From Octopus bimaculoides (taxonomy: Eukaryota), in NCBI RefSeq assembly GCF_001194135.2, contig NC_068981.1, positions 66,030,601 through 66,094,600 on the forward strand: DNA of 64,000 bases, given 5' to 3'. Each line of letters opens with the position of its first letter. The first letter of the stretch is position 1. The notes beneath the pieces are model-generated. The model was not told the DNA's origin, did not search any database, and saw only the letters and a list, made by a program, of their open reading frames with translations. Made by a program: the position numbers and the translations under genes. This document shows, in pieces, positions 11,750 through 22,992 of this stretch.

Positions 11750-12420
11750 CATCATCATCATCAACATTTAACATCTGTTTTTCATGTTGGCATGGGTTAG
11801 ATGGCATGACAGGAACTGACAAAGCCAGGGGGCTGCACCAGGTTCCATAGTCTGTTGAGACATGGTTTCTATGGCTGGATACTCTTCCTAGTGCCAACCA
11901 CTTTACAAAGTGTACTGGGTGCTTTTATGTGATACCATCACCAGTGCTTTTTATGTGATACCAGCACCTACATCAATGCTTTCTCTTAGAAAGCATCTTG
12001 GTTTTAGGATCTATTCTGTTATGATGAACGGGTCTTCTTGAGTACAGTAATGCACCACATATCTTGGTCCTCTGTCATCTCCTTTGTAAGGCTCAGCATT
12101 TTGATATCAGCCTTCCTGGGTCTCCCTCTTCCACAACTTCCTTCCACTTTAAGTGATTGGCACTTCTTGTTCTCATCCATTCGCATAACATGACCATACC
12201 AGTGCAGTCTCCTCTCTTGCATACTGCATATAATTCCGCTTATGTCTAACTTCTCTCTCAATACACCAATATTTTGTGGCACTTGTACACTGACATTGCA
12301 CATCCAGTAGAGCATACCAGCTTCATTCATCTCTGGCCTTTGTATGCCATCCACATTCAGATCTTACATCTTACTACCATGTAGCATCACCGTTTACGCA
12401 CATGCATCATGCAGTACTTA
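11750..12420 (-). mobile_element. RTE-clade LINE 3' fragment
   Basis: ORF 12019-12354: ...QERRLHWYGHVMRMDENKKCQSLKVEGSCGRGRPRK...; followed by the family 3'UTR and (GAT)n tail (catcatcat at ~11750). Same family as 8298-9143. Confidence 0.82.
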
Positions 12421-12808
12421 TCTTTATCATTATTATTAGTGCTAGTGAGAAGTGAAAACTATCAAATAAGTAAATTTATCTTATGTATAAATAACTCTAA
12501 CAGACCTTTAAAAGAATGTTGTGCAGCAATATTGAAATATTAGAGAAAAATATATTTAGTAAGATATCATCTGATATCATGCATGCTTTTGCAATAAAAT
12601 AATCAATCTATTAATTTGCAACATATCAATCTGAATTTTAATCAGGTAAAGCAATCCTTTTTTATTTATACTTGTTTCATTTATTTAGCTGATTTAATAT
12701 TTTAATATCCATTTCTTCACTAGAATGAGTAAGATGGATGCAAAAATGTTGATATTTATATACATAGATTGTTGAAGTGTGTGTGTGCGTGTGCATGTGT
12801 GTGTGTGT

Positions 12809-12890
<82 letters not shown>

Positions 12891-13025
12891 AAATATGTAG
12901 AACAGAATTAGCAGAGTACCAGGCTGAGAGATTTGAAAATTTAGCCAGTTTATATTATTTCTTACATGTACTTCATGTATCTGTGCTAAGGACAAGAAAA
13001 GAGGGAAGCTTGTGTGTATACTCAC

Positions 13026-13213
13026 CTAACGATATCACAACCAAGTAGCTTTTCCTCATTCTCTTGTTGGCTGAGCATCTTAGAGAACACAGCTTCATTA
13101 CCAATACAGACGCCATTTTCATTTGATCCACTCTCAGCTCCCCACATCCAAGATGGTTTTGTTATGATAATTGAATAAGTTCTTGCTGCCTGATCGACTT
13201 TGGTATAGGTACA
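13026..13213 (-). CDS. SCRN3: Secernin second coding exon (188 nt)
   Basis: Acceptor TTGCAG| then [62 protein letters not shown](R), then donor AG|GTGAGT. Matches the secernin CTYIE...[23 protein letters not shown]...LLGMDLVR segment and joins the previous exon in phase 0 (KVQ|CTY). Confidence 0.93.
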
Positions 13214-13504
13214 CTGCAAGGAAACACAGATGAAAATTCCAGTGATATTTTGTATTTTAACATTGAAAGTTACATTGCAAATGACTTTTGTAATTATTTT
13301 TGTTAGACATTTTCTGCAAATTGTGTTTATGATATTTTAAATCTTCCAAAATTTTTTCTAGTCTCACAAGCAACAATCACAGATTCCCAATGTCTTTGTT
13401 GTCTGGATAATTAGAAGTAACAGAAGTATTTGATATAGACACAAAATGATATTAACATATCATACACATATGTATGTAGGTGTATATACACACATACAGA
13501 TATA

Positions 13505-13552
<48 letters not shown>

Positions 13553-14193
13553 GTAGTAGTAGTAGTAGTAGTAGCAGCAGCAGTAGTAGTAGGTAGTGGT
13601 GGTGGTTGTGGTTGTTGTTACCATTGTGGTTGTCTCATATTCTGAGAAAGATGGTTCTGCAATCTTTTGCTGAACGACCTGCACAAATGAATATTTTATA
13701 GTGATTGAATATTTGTGCTGTATATTACCTTATTCCTTCCATGAAATCGATGTTGCCTGGACAGGTGCACAATGTGATCACACAGCAACATGAGATGAAG
13801 TGTTTTACTCAAGAACATAATGCACCACCCGGTCAAGGAATTGAAACCACGATCTCTTGATCATGAGTGAAACACCCTAACCACTAGGTCATGCATCTTC
13901 ATTATGGCTTATATTGTAACATAGTCTCTTGGGTCCAAGAAAGAGGGTTCTGCAATGGTTTATAGTGATCAAATGTTTGTTCTGCATATTAGCACACTCC
14001 CTGTACAGGTGTAAGGTGTGCCACATGTGAGATGTTGTAGCAATCGCAGAACAACATGTGATGAAGTGTTTTTACTCAAGAACACAACAAACTATCCAGT
14101 CCAGAAACTATATTCCCTAAATCATGAGTGTAACACCCTAACCAGTTGGCCATATAACCTGCTATATATACACACATACACACATACATATAT

Positions 14194-15387
14194 ACTAGCT
14201 GGTATACCTGGTAATTCCCGGAGAGAAGGATGATCTGTTGAAACGCCTTATTACTCTGATATAAGAAAGCAATTTATAACTGCCAAGAACGCAATTTAAC
14301 TGCCACAAAAGGTGTATTTTCCGTCACAGAAAGGTACAAAAAGCTGTCAGTTAGAGGAGGGAAAAATTGTTGGAGGTTGGCGAGTGAGGTTTTTGGAGGT
14401 TGGCGAGAAAGATTGCCGGAGGTTGGTGAGGGAGGTTGGCAGAGATTGGTGGAGGCTGGCGAGAGGCAAAGACATTATTCTGCTTAGCAAAGGCATCTGG
14501 GAAATGTATAACTGCTGTCATTCACAGAAAAACTATTGTTTTACCGTGAGAAAAGCGCTGTTGTAGTGTTAAGTGAAATTTGGCAATCAAGGATTGAATC
14601 CACACTATGCCTGCATGAAGCCACTACAAATACATTGTGGAATAAAAAATATATCTACTGTCATGGAAAAAGTGTAACTGTAACAATGCAGAATTATCGG
14701 AGTAATGGGCATTCAAAACAGTATGTATGTATAGAAATGCATGCATGAAGTCTTTAATGTTTAAGATTCAAATTAAGGAAGTGCAATAATAATGTTTAGC
14801 AGTTCAAAACTGTGAGTAATGAAATGCAAAATTATGTTGGCTGATCGTAAGAATCAAATATTGATCACTTCGCTAAAATCTGCAGGTGGGATGGATTATT
14901 TCCCATGGGTTGTTTAAATAAAATATTAGTAATATGTTGTAAATAGAGGGAAGGGCCCTATTATCGATTTTTTTCAACAATCTAAGTATGTCAGGATGTT
15001 TCCAGACATGAGTTCTACTCATGTGTCAAATAAATTATAAAAATGATATTGTCTGCAAAAAATCAATATTCAAAAAATCCATATTCAAAGTAATCGAACA
15101 TAAAAAATGAAATGGATTATTTCCCTTGAGTGTTTAAAAAATATTGTACAGGTGCTATGGGTTATTTCCCTTGGGTATTTTTAAAAAAATTAGTTATATG
15201 AGGTAAATATAAAGGTCCCTTCCATGGGCCGTATTATCGATTTTTTTCAACAATCTAAGTATGTCATGAGGTTTCTGGGTACGAGTTCTACTCACGCATC
15301 AAGTTTCATCAAAATCAATAAAACGATGTAGGAGGAGTCAGCTAGCAACGCCACAAATGAACACATACCGATTTTCCACATATGTAG

Positions 15388-15389
<2 letters not shown>
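14194..15389 (+). mobile_element. Putative non-autonomous Helitron/Helentron-like element
   Basis: Starts ACTAGCT, contains the subterminal motif caagtttcatcaaaatc typical of DINE/HINE-like elements, has an internal duplication (~14930-15030 vs ~15195-15300), and sits between microsatellites. Confidence 0.45.
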
Positions 15390-15425
<36 letters not shown>

Positions 15426-16483
15426 NNNNNNNNNNNNNNNNNNNNNNNNNNNNNNNNNNNNNNNNNNNNNNNNNNNNNNNNNNNNNNNNNNNNNNNNNNN
15501 NNNNNNNNNNNNNNNNNNNNNNNNNNNNNNNNNNNNNNNNNNNNNNNNNNNNNNNNNNNNNNNNNNNNNNNNNNNNNNNNNNNNNNNNNNNNNNNNNNNN
15601 NNNNNNNNNNNNNNNNNNNNNNNNNNNNNNNNNNNNNNNNNNNNNNNNNNNNNNNNNNNNNNNNNNNNNNNNNNNNNNNNNNNNNNNNNNNNNNNNNNNN
15701 NNNNNNNNNNNNNNNNNNNNNNNNNNNNNNNNNNNNNNNNNNNNNNNNNNNNNNNNNNNNNNNNNNNNNNNNNNNNNNNNNNNNNNNNNNNNNNNNNNNN
15801 NNNNNNNNNNNNNNNNNNNNNNNNNNNNNNNNNNNNNNNNNNNNNNNNNNNNNNNNNNNNNNNNNNNNNNNNNNNNNNNNNNNNNNNNNNNNNNNNNNNN
15901 NNNNNNNNNNNNNNNNNNNNNNNNNNNNNNNNNNNNNNNNNNNNNNNNNNNNNNNNNNNNNNNNNNNNNNNNNNNNNNNNNNNNNNNNNNNNNNNNNNNN
16001 NNNNNNNNNNNNNNNNNNNNNNNNNNNNNTTACACACTACTGAGGAGAGTGAAGGTCAAGTGGGCAGGACACCTTGTTTGAATGTCTGACACAATACTAC
16101 CCAAAAGACCCATCTTCTCTCCATGTGATGTCCTTGGTTACAGTGACCAGATGAACATTATTATATATATATATATATATAGTAAGAGAGGCAGGATATG
16201 ATATGTGGTAGATAACAGATTTCTCAGAGTAAAAGGGGGAAACATCTCGTTGAGGAATGTTCAGAGTTTTATACTGCTACCAAATCTAATTCAAACTAAT
16301 TGAAAATTCCTCTTCAAATGATGTCAAATTTATTTATCCTGAAAAGATCACATCAATAATGCTTAAATTGCTGCATATAAATATGCAACAATATGCAATT
16401 CTTGCAATCGAAACCCGTGCTGGATTTTTATTCTAACTGGAAATAAACAATAAGTTTGAATGTTCAAATTCTTCATTCTCCCC

Positions 16484-16995
16484 ATTTAATTATGTAATAT
16501 TTAAATAAGGAAAAGCAATAGAAAACTCACAAGTAATTACTCACAATCATCTTTTATTTCCTGTCTTACAAGTGTTCAATGTGGCCACCACCAGCAGCAC
16601 AGGCAACATCAATGGGATAAGAGAATTCCTCCCTGACACGTATCAGCATATTGTGATCCACTGAGTTGATCGCTGTTGTTATTCGATGTTTAAGGTCATT
16701 ACGGTTAGTGGGTAGTGGTGGAACATAAACACAATCTTTTACATATCCCCACAAGAAAAAATCACAACAGCAATCAACTCAGTGGATCATGATATACCGA
16801 TATGCATCTGGGAGGAATTCTCTTATTGCATTGATGTGGCCCATGCTGCAGGTGGTGGCCACACTGAACACTTGTAAGACAGAAAATAAAAGTTGATTGT
16901 GAGTAAATACTTGTGACTCAGCTGGAGTCTTCTATTGCTTTTCCTTATTAAAATATTGCGTAATGAAATCGGTCCATTCTTTTTGAATAACCCTC
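16484..16995. mobile_element. Tc1/mariner transposase 3' remnant arranged as a fold-back (inverted duplication)
   Basis: Minus-strand (C)DFFLWGYVKDCVYVPPLPTNRNDLKHRITTAINSVDHNMLIRVREEFSYPIDVACAAGGGHIEHL is the Tc1/mariner C-terminal motif; 16760-16968 is an inverted copy of 16484-16683; the right end ...ttctttttgaataaccctc resembles a TIR. Confidence 0.8.
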
Positions 16996-17345
16996 TTTTA
17001 CTCTTTTATTTGTTTCAGTCCTTTGACTGTGGCCATGCTGGAGCAGCACCTTTAGTTGAGCAAATCAATCCCAGGATTTATTCTTTGTAAGCCTAGTACT
17101 TATTCTATCAGTCTCTTTTGCTGAACCGCTAAGTTATGGGGACAAACACAGACACACACACACACACATATGTATATATATATATATATGATGGGCTTCT
17201 TCAGTTTCTGTCTCCAAAATCCACTCACAAGGCTTTGGTCAGCCCAAAGCTACAGTGGAAGACTCTTGCCCAAGATGCCACGCAGTGGGACTGAACCTGA
17301 AACCATGTGGTTCGTAAGCAAGCTACTTACCACACAGCCACTCCT
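16995..17345 (-). mobile_element. SINE family B, reverse orientation, internal (CA)/(TA) microsatellite
   Basis: Reverse complement of 42003-42443 (partly deleted); a second reverse 5' half lies at ~18310-18470 across the N gap. Confidence 0.8.
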
Positions 17346-17348
17346 ATG

Positions 17349-17383
<35 letters not shown>

Positions 17384-18258
17384 NNNNNNNNNNNNNNNNN
17401 NNNNNNNNNNNNNNNNNNNNNNNNNNNNNNNNNNNNNNNNNNNNNNNNNNNNNNNNNNNNNNNNNNNNNNNNNNNNNNNNNNNNNNNNNNNNNNNNNNNN
17501 NNNNNNNNNNNNNNNNNNNNNNNNNNNNNNNNNNNNNNNNNNNNNNNNNNNNNNNNNNNNNNNNNNNNNNNNNNNNNNNNNNNNNNNNNNNNNNNNNNNN
17601 NNNNNNNNNNNNNNNNNNNNNNNNNNNNNNNNNNNNNNNNNNNNNNNNNNNNNNNNNNNNNNNNNNNNNNNNNNNNNNNNNNNNNNNNNNNNNNNNNNNN
17701 NNNNNNNNNNNNNNNNNNNNNNNNNNNNNNNNNNNNNNNNNNNNNNNNNNNNNNNNNNNNNNNNNNNNNNNNNNNNNNNNNNNNNNNNNNNNNNNNNNNN
17801 NNNNNNNNNNNNNNNNNNNNNNNNNNNNNNNNNNNNNNNNNNNNNNNNNNNNNNNNNNNNNNNNNNNNNNNNNNNNNNNNNNNNNNNNNNNNNNNNNNNN
17901 NNNNNNNNNNNNNNNNNNNNNNNNNNNNNNNNNNNNNNNNNNNNNNNNNNNNNNNNNNNNNNNNNNNNNNNNNNNNNNNNNNNNNNNNNNNNNNNNNNNN
18001 NNNNNNNNNNNNNNNNNNNNNNNNNNNNNNNNNNNNNNNNNNNNNNNNNNNNNNNNNNNNNNNNNNNNNNNNNNNNNNNNNNNNNNNNNNNNNNNNNNNN
18101 NNNNNNNNNNNNNNNNNNNNNNNNNNNNNNNNNNNNNNNNNNNNNNNNNNNNNNNNNNNNNNNNNNNNNNNNNNNNNNNNNNNNNNNNNNNNNNNNNNNN
18201 NNNNNNNNNNNNNNNNNNNNNNNNNNNNNNNNNNNNNNNNNNNNNNNNNNNNNNNNNN
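17384..18258. other. Assembly gap (largest of eight; others at 2767-3227, 5528-5571, 15426-16029, 29308-29317, 36922-37381, 42982-43062, 62365-62374)
   Basis: N runs, nearly all bounded by dinucleotide microsatellites. Confidence 0.98.
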
Positions 18259-18314
<56 letters not shown>

Positions 18315-18479
18315 GACAGGCTTCTTTCAGTTTCCGTCTACCAAATCACTCACAAGGCTTTGGTCGGCCCAAGGCTATAGTAGAAGACACTTGCCCAAGG
18401 TGCCATGCAGTGAGACTGAACCCAGAACCATGTGGTTGGCAAGCAAGCTACTTACCACACAGCACTCCTTTATATGTAT

Positions 18480-18680
18480 ATGAATTACACCTCTATGTGG
18501 TGATGTGGGGATCAGGCCGAGATTAACATGCGTCCCACACTTTTCACTCCTGACAGCTAACTTATTACTTTGGTTACTTTTCAATTCCCCTGAGTGTCAT
18601 GTTATATCCCAACTCTTACTACCAATATGTCTCCACGGTTCATTTTTCTATATGCCCAATGACCTTAAATGTATCTATAT
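18480..18680 (-). mobile_element. Possible Penelope-like GIY-YIG C-terminal remnant
   Basis: Weak: minus strand FKVIGHIEK...LGLIPTSPHRGVI resembles the L-x-T-x-x-P-x-G-L-N end of Penelope endonucleases; heavily decayed. Confidence 0.3.
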
Positions 18681-21591
18681 GTACATGGGTGTGCTTTTTT
18701 TTTTTTTGGTGTCTATTTATGCAACTATAACTATATACATTACTGTGTTCACCTAACTCATTTCAGCTTTTTTTTTGTTGCACAATTTCTTCTTTCTGCC
18801 ATTACCTTTAATTTACTTTCAGCATACATCTGCATACATGTATTGTTGTATGTGTTTATATGTACACTTCATATTATACCTTTATTTTACTATAATACAA
18901 TGGTATTCCTTTGTAAAGAATTATGATTAAGTGTGTATATATCTGAACCTATATTTTCTTTTCTTATGCTTTTAGTTTATGCATGTGTGATGGGTATTCA
19001 TGTATTTGGCCATATATATCTAAGAATATATATGTGCATATGTATATATTTATGAGTACCTATGCATATTTATATATGTACGTATCTATGCATGTATATT
19101 TGTTTGCCTATGTATATATGTGTATGCCTGTAGCTATATGTATATAATAATATGCTTTTTATGTGAATGTCTGCATAGTTTCTTTTTCTTGTGTGTATGT
19201 TTGTATGTGTGTGTGTGAGTTGTACTAGTATATTCATGTGTGTATACATACAAATAACCTACCACTGTCTCATTCCTTTATTCCTGTTTTTTGTTTGTTA
19301 TCTTCCACTTCTTTCCTATTCCCTGTTTTTTTTTTCCACTCGTAAGAGCTTTTATTACTTATACCAATTCTAAACAATAAATATCCCAACTTTAGACATG
19401 CCAACTGTCCATTATTGCCACCACATATATATTAATGAAATTATAATCTACTGCAACCACTACAATAACTTGAATGTGCTGATAATTAATGAAACCACAC
19501 CCTTGTCTACCTTACAAAGAAACAAACAAACAAAATATTTCTTTTACTGCCTCAGTCTGCTGTAACAGAGGTGCCATTTCCAGTTCACAGTTGTGTGTGC
19601 AATACTTAAAAAAGAGCTAATTTGATTACGTTACAGTAAGCTGTCAGTAAGGGCGATAAAATTTTAGTTCTCAGTTGGGTTATTTATGTTATTTATGATA
19701 TGATACTAATGTCATTGAGAAAAACGTAAATGTTACAATTTTTCATCTTTCTCTTCTTTAAAATTATCAAACTCTATACCTTGATTCAAAATGGATATTT
19801 AAGTAAAATAATTTATAGTAATCCTAGTAGAGTAGAAGTAAGATCCCAGTAAAAACAGAAAAAGACCAGTCTAGTAAATATGAGCATTGTAGTTCACTTG
19901 AAGCATTGTAGTCCAGAAGTAGAAAATGAAAGAAAATATTTCGGGTGCAAAGGCCTATCTTCAGAAGGAAGCAGTCCAAGAAATGTATAATTACAAAATT
20001 GATGGATATATATATTTCTTGGACTGCTTCTTTGTGAAGAAACGCCTTTGTGCCTGAAATATAAAGGTTATTTTCTAAAACTTTTCACATTGTTAGAAGC
20101 TTTCTTTATTTCCCTTTTCTTTCATTTCCTACTGGTCAAGTGCTTTCGTTAATATGTGCACATTGTAAAGTGGTTGGTGTTAGGAAAGGCATCCAGCCAT
20201 AGAAACCATCCCAAAACAGATGATGGAGTCCTTGGATCCATTAGATCCATTAGATCCAGTCAAACCATCCAACCCATACCTGTATAAAATATGGACATAA
20301 AATATTGGTGATGATGATGATATGTGGCTTATTGTTATCATAAACATTAGAACTTGTAATTTGCTCCTTATGGCTAATCTTATTGACCTCAAAGAAATGA
20401 AAAACAGTAAACTTTTTATGCTACCAAAAAGTAAGTTTGGTACATCGTTGGCCATTAATTCACCACCAATAAATCATTGTCTATACATCAAACAAAACCA
20501 GCATGTTGAATTTTAGTGTAATTTGATATTTGTTTAGCTTCAAATATTGCAAAATTCTGCCTATTTTTGACATATTGTTCAAATAATGCATTAAATATAA
20601 GGCCTTTCACCATGAAGCTTTTGAGAGAAATAATGTCTCTTAGCAAGCAAGGTTTTTATGAGATTGGAATTAGAGGGATGCTACACATTGTTACTTTGTT
20701 ATTCAAAGCCTAATGAGAGCAGATTAGTAATATTTTCTCCTTTCATGAAAGTCAAACTCAAAACATCCTTCAACCCATTAATTTGTTGTATTATCCTATC
20801 CAGCTTCATATCAAGGAACTATTTTTGGTTATGATAGCGTTGGTATTTGTTATTCACTTTGCTATTTATTATTCACTCTTGTAGACAGGAAAGTTAAATA
20901 TTCTGTTCAACAGAAGTATAAGCAGAATAGAGAATAATGGTTTATGTAGAGTACATAATATTCCATAAACCACACAGACACTATGCCAAACATTTAAAAA
21001 TTTCAGCAAGAGAATGGTTAGAGTGAATTAGTTTCCCTCAAAGCTTTCTATTGGCCCAGCACATTAATGGTATTTACCACCTATTCATTACTCTTTCTAG
21101 TGCTTATAGCAGTGAAACAGTACCTTTTCCTGATACCTAATTACAGCTAGACAGACTGCATCTGCATTAAGTGTTTTGTTCAAGGGATACAACACAGCAC
21201 TAGTAAGATAGTATGTATCATTAGCCCTTAAGTGGGTAAGGCTTTCGATGCATCAACTAAATTTACATTATCAATGACTAACACTAATTGTCTCAGAAGT
21301 ACTATCAATGTTTTCTGTCTTTCTTTTCTAATATAAATCATATTTAAATGTAATCTTACTTATTAAATATTCTGTAGTACAGGGTATCATTCTTTTTATC
21401 AACCACTCATAGGGTTTGCATCACAGAGGCTGGAAAAAAACTTCAGTTTTCCATTTGTTATTTTATAAGATTCCATTCATAAATAAACAAATAAGTAGAT
21501 AAATAGATAGATAAATAAATAAATGAATAAAAAACTAACAAAAAGACAAGAATTTGCATCAAATTCATTTAAATAGCAGTTCTTTACTTAC

Positions 21592-21780
21592 TTGTACTTT
21601 ACTATTTCTTGGATGGTCACAACCAGCAATATAGAGTACTTCCTGTACCTCTTCAGATGGTCTGTCAGAATTCTTACCAAATATGACACAGTTATCTAAA
21701 CTGTTGGGTGGCAGCACAACAAAAGTATCACAAGACAGAGGTGGGCAGCTGTCTGCCAATGAAGCTAAACTTGTTGACAT
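21592..21780 (-). CDS. SCRN3: Secernin (SCRN2/3-like, peptidase C69 / Ntn-hydrolase) first coding exon, 63 codons
   Basis: Translates [63 protein letters not shown], matching the secernin N-terminal signature SCDTFVxLPP...[13 protein letters not shown]. Ends in a phase-0 donor CAA|GTAAGT (GT at 21591-21590). Preceded by a polypyrimidine tract and CAG acceptor (AG at 21795-21794), so the exon spans 21592-21793 and an upstream exon is implied. The symbol is the closest vertebrate paralog by recall; orthology among SCRN1/2/3 is unresolved. Confidence 0.93.
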
Positions 21781-22610
21781 TTCTGTGAAATTTCTGTAAC
21801 AGAAAGAAATAGAAATTTTGTTATAAGACATATGAATAAATAAATAAAAAAAAGATGTATTCTTGTTTTTAATTTGGTTTGGCTACATACTGTACATTAT
21901 TTAAATAAGCGTTTTTTTTTTGTTTTCCATGCATGTGTGTGTGTGTGTGTGTGTTGATAAAAATACAAACAAACAAGCAAACATTTATACATATATACAT
22001 TTACTATACTGTTGAGGGGTCAATTACTGACCAAATATAAACATATTCAAAGACCATTGAGAAAGAGATCACTTATGGACATTTGTTTTCAAGCCTGTAT
22101 CTTCTCTAGAAGATTATAAATTTACATTTGTACCTATTATCATATATGTTACCAAATGTTTGAGTACCTCAAATTGTTAGCACAAGCATAACCAGGCTTA
22201 TACATGGCTGTGAGGTTACAAAGTTTATTTCACAACTACATGATTTGTCACTAATTTCAATAATTAGATAGTGGTTACTAAACAGACACCTGTAAATATT
22301 TGGATTTTTGAACCAATCCAATTTATATTAGAATTGCATAGATCATATACGGAAGGAAATGTCTAATATTCATATTAAAGTTGAATAGTTCAAAAAGAGG
22401 AAATATTCCTTAAAATCCATACATTGCATATAATAGAAATGATTGATTTAGGAATATATTTCTTTTTGAGACTCTGGAAGCAAAAATAATAATAATGATG
22501 ATTCTTATTAAGTAATGATTAAGATACACCATCCATTCCTACACACACACACAAACACACACACATGCATACACATATATAATACACACACCTATATATA
22601 ACCACACGAT

Positions 22611-22992
22611 TGGCTGTGTGGTAAGAAGCTTGCTTCCCAACCACATGGCTCTGGGTTCAGTCTCACTGTTTGGTACCTTAAGCAAGTGTCTTTTACTATT
22701 GTCTCAGGCCAAGCAAAGCCCTGTGAGTGGATTTGGTAGATGGAAACTGAAAGAATCCCATCATATATGTGGATATATATTTGTATGTATTTGTGTGTCT
22801 GTGTTTGTCCCCATACCATCACTTGACACCGATGATGGTGTGTTTAGATCCCTGTAACTTAGTGGTTTTGCAAAAGAGACTGATGGAATAAGTACTAAGA
22901 TTGCAAAGAACAAGTCCTGGGGTTGATTTGTTCAACTAAAGGTGGTGCTCCAGCATAGCCACAGTCAAATGAGTGAAACAAGTAAAAGAATA
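22611..22992 (+). mobile_element. SINE family B, near full length
   Basis: tggctgtgtggtaagaagcttgcttcccaaccac...caagtgtctt (CORE/V-like central block)...ggtgctccagcatagccacagtcaaatgagtgaaacaagtaaaag. Confidence 0.85.
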
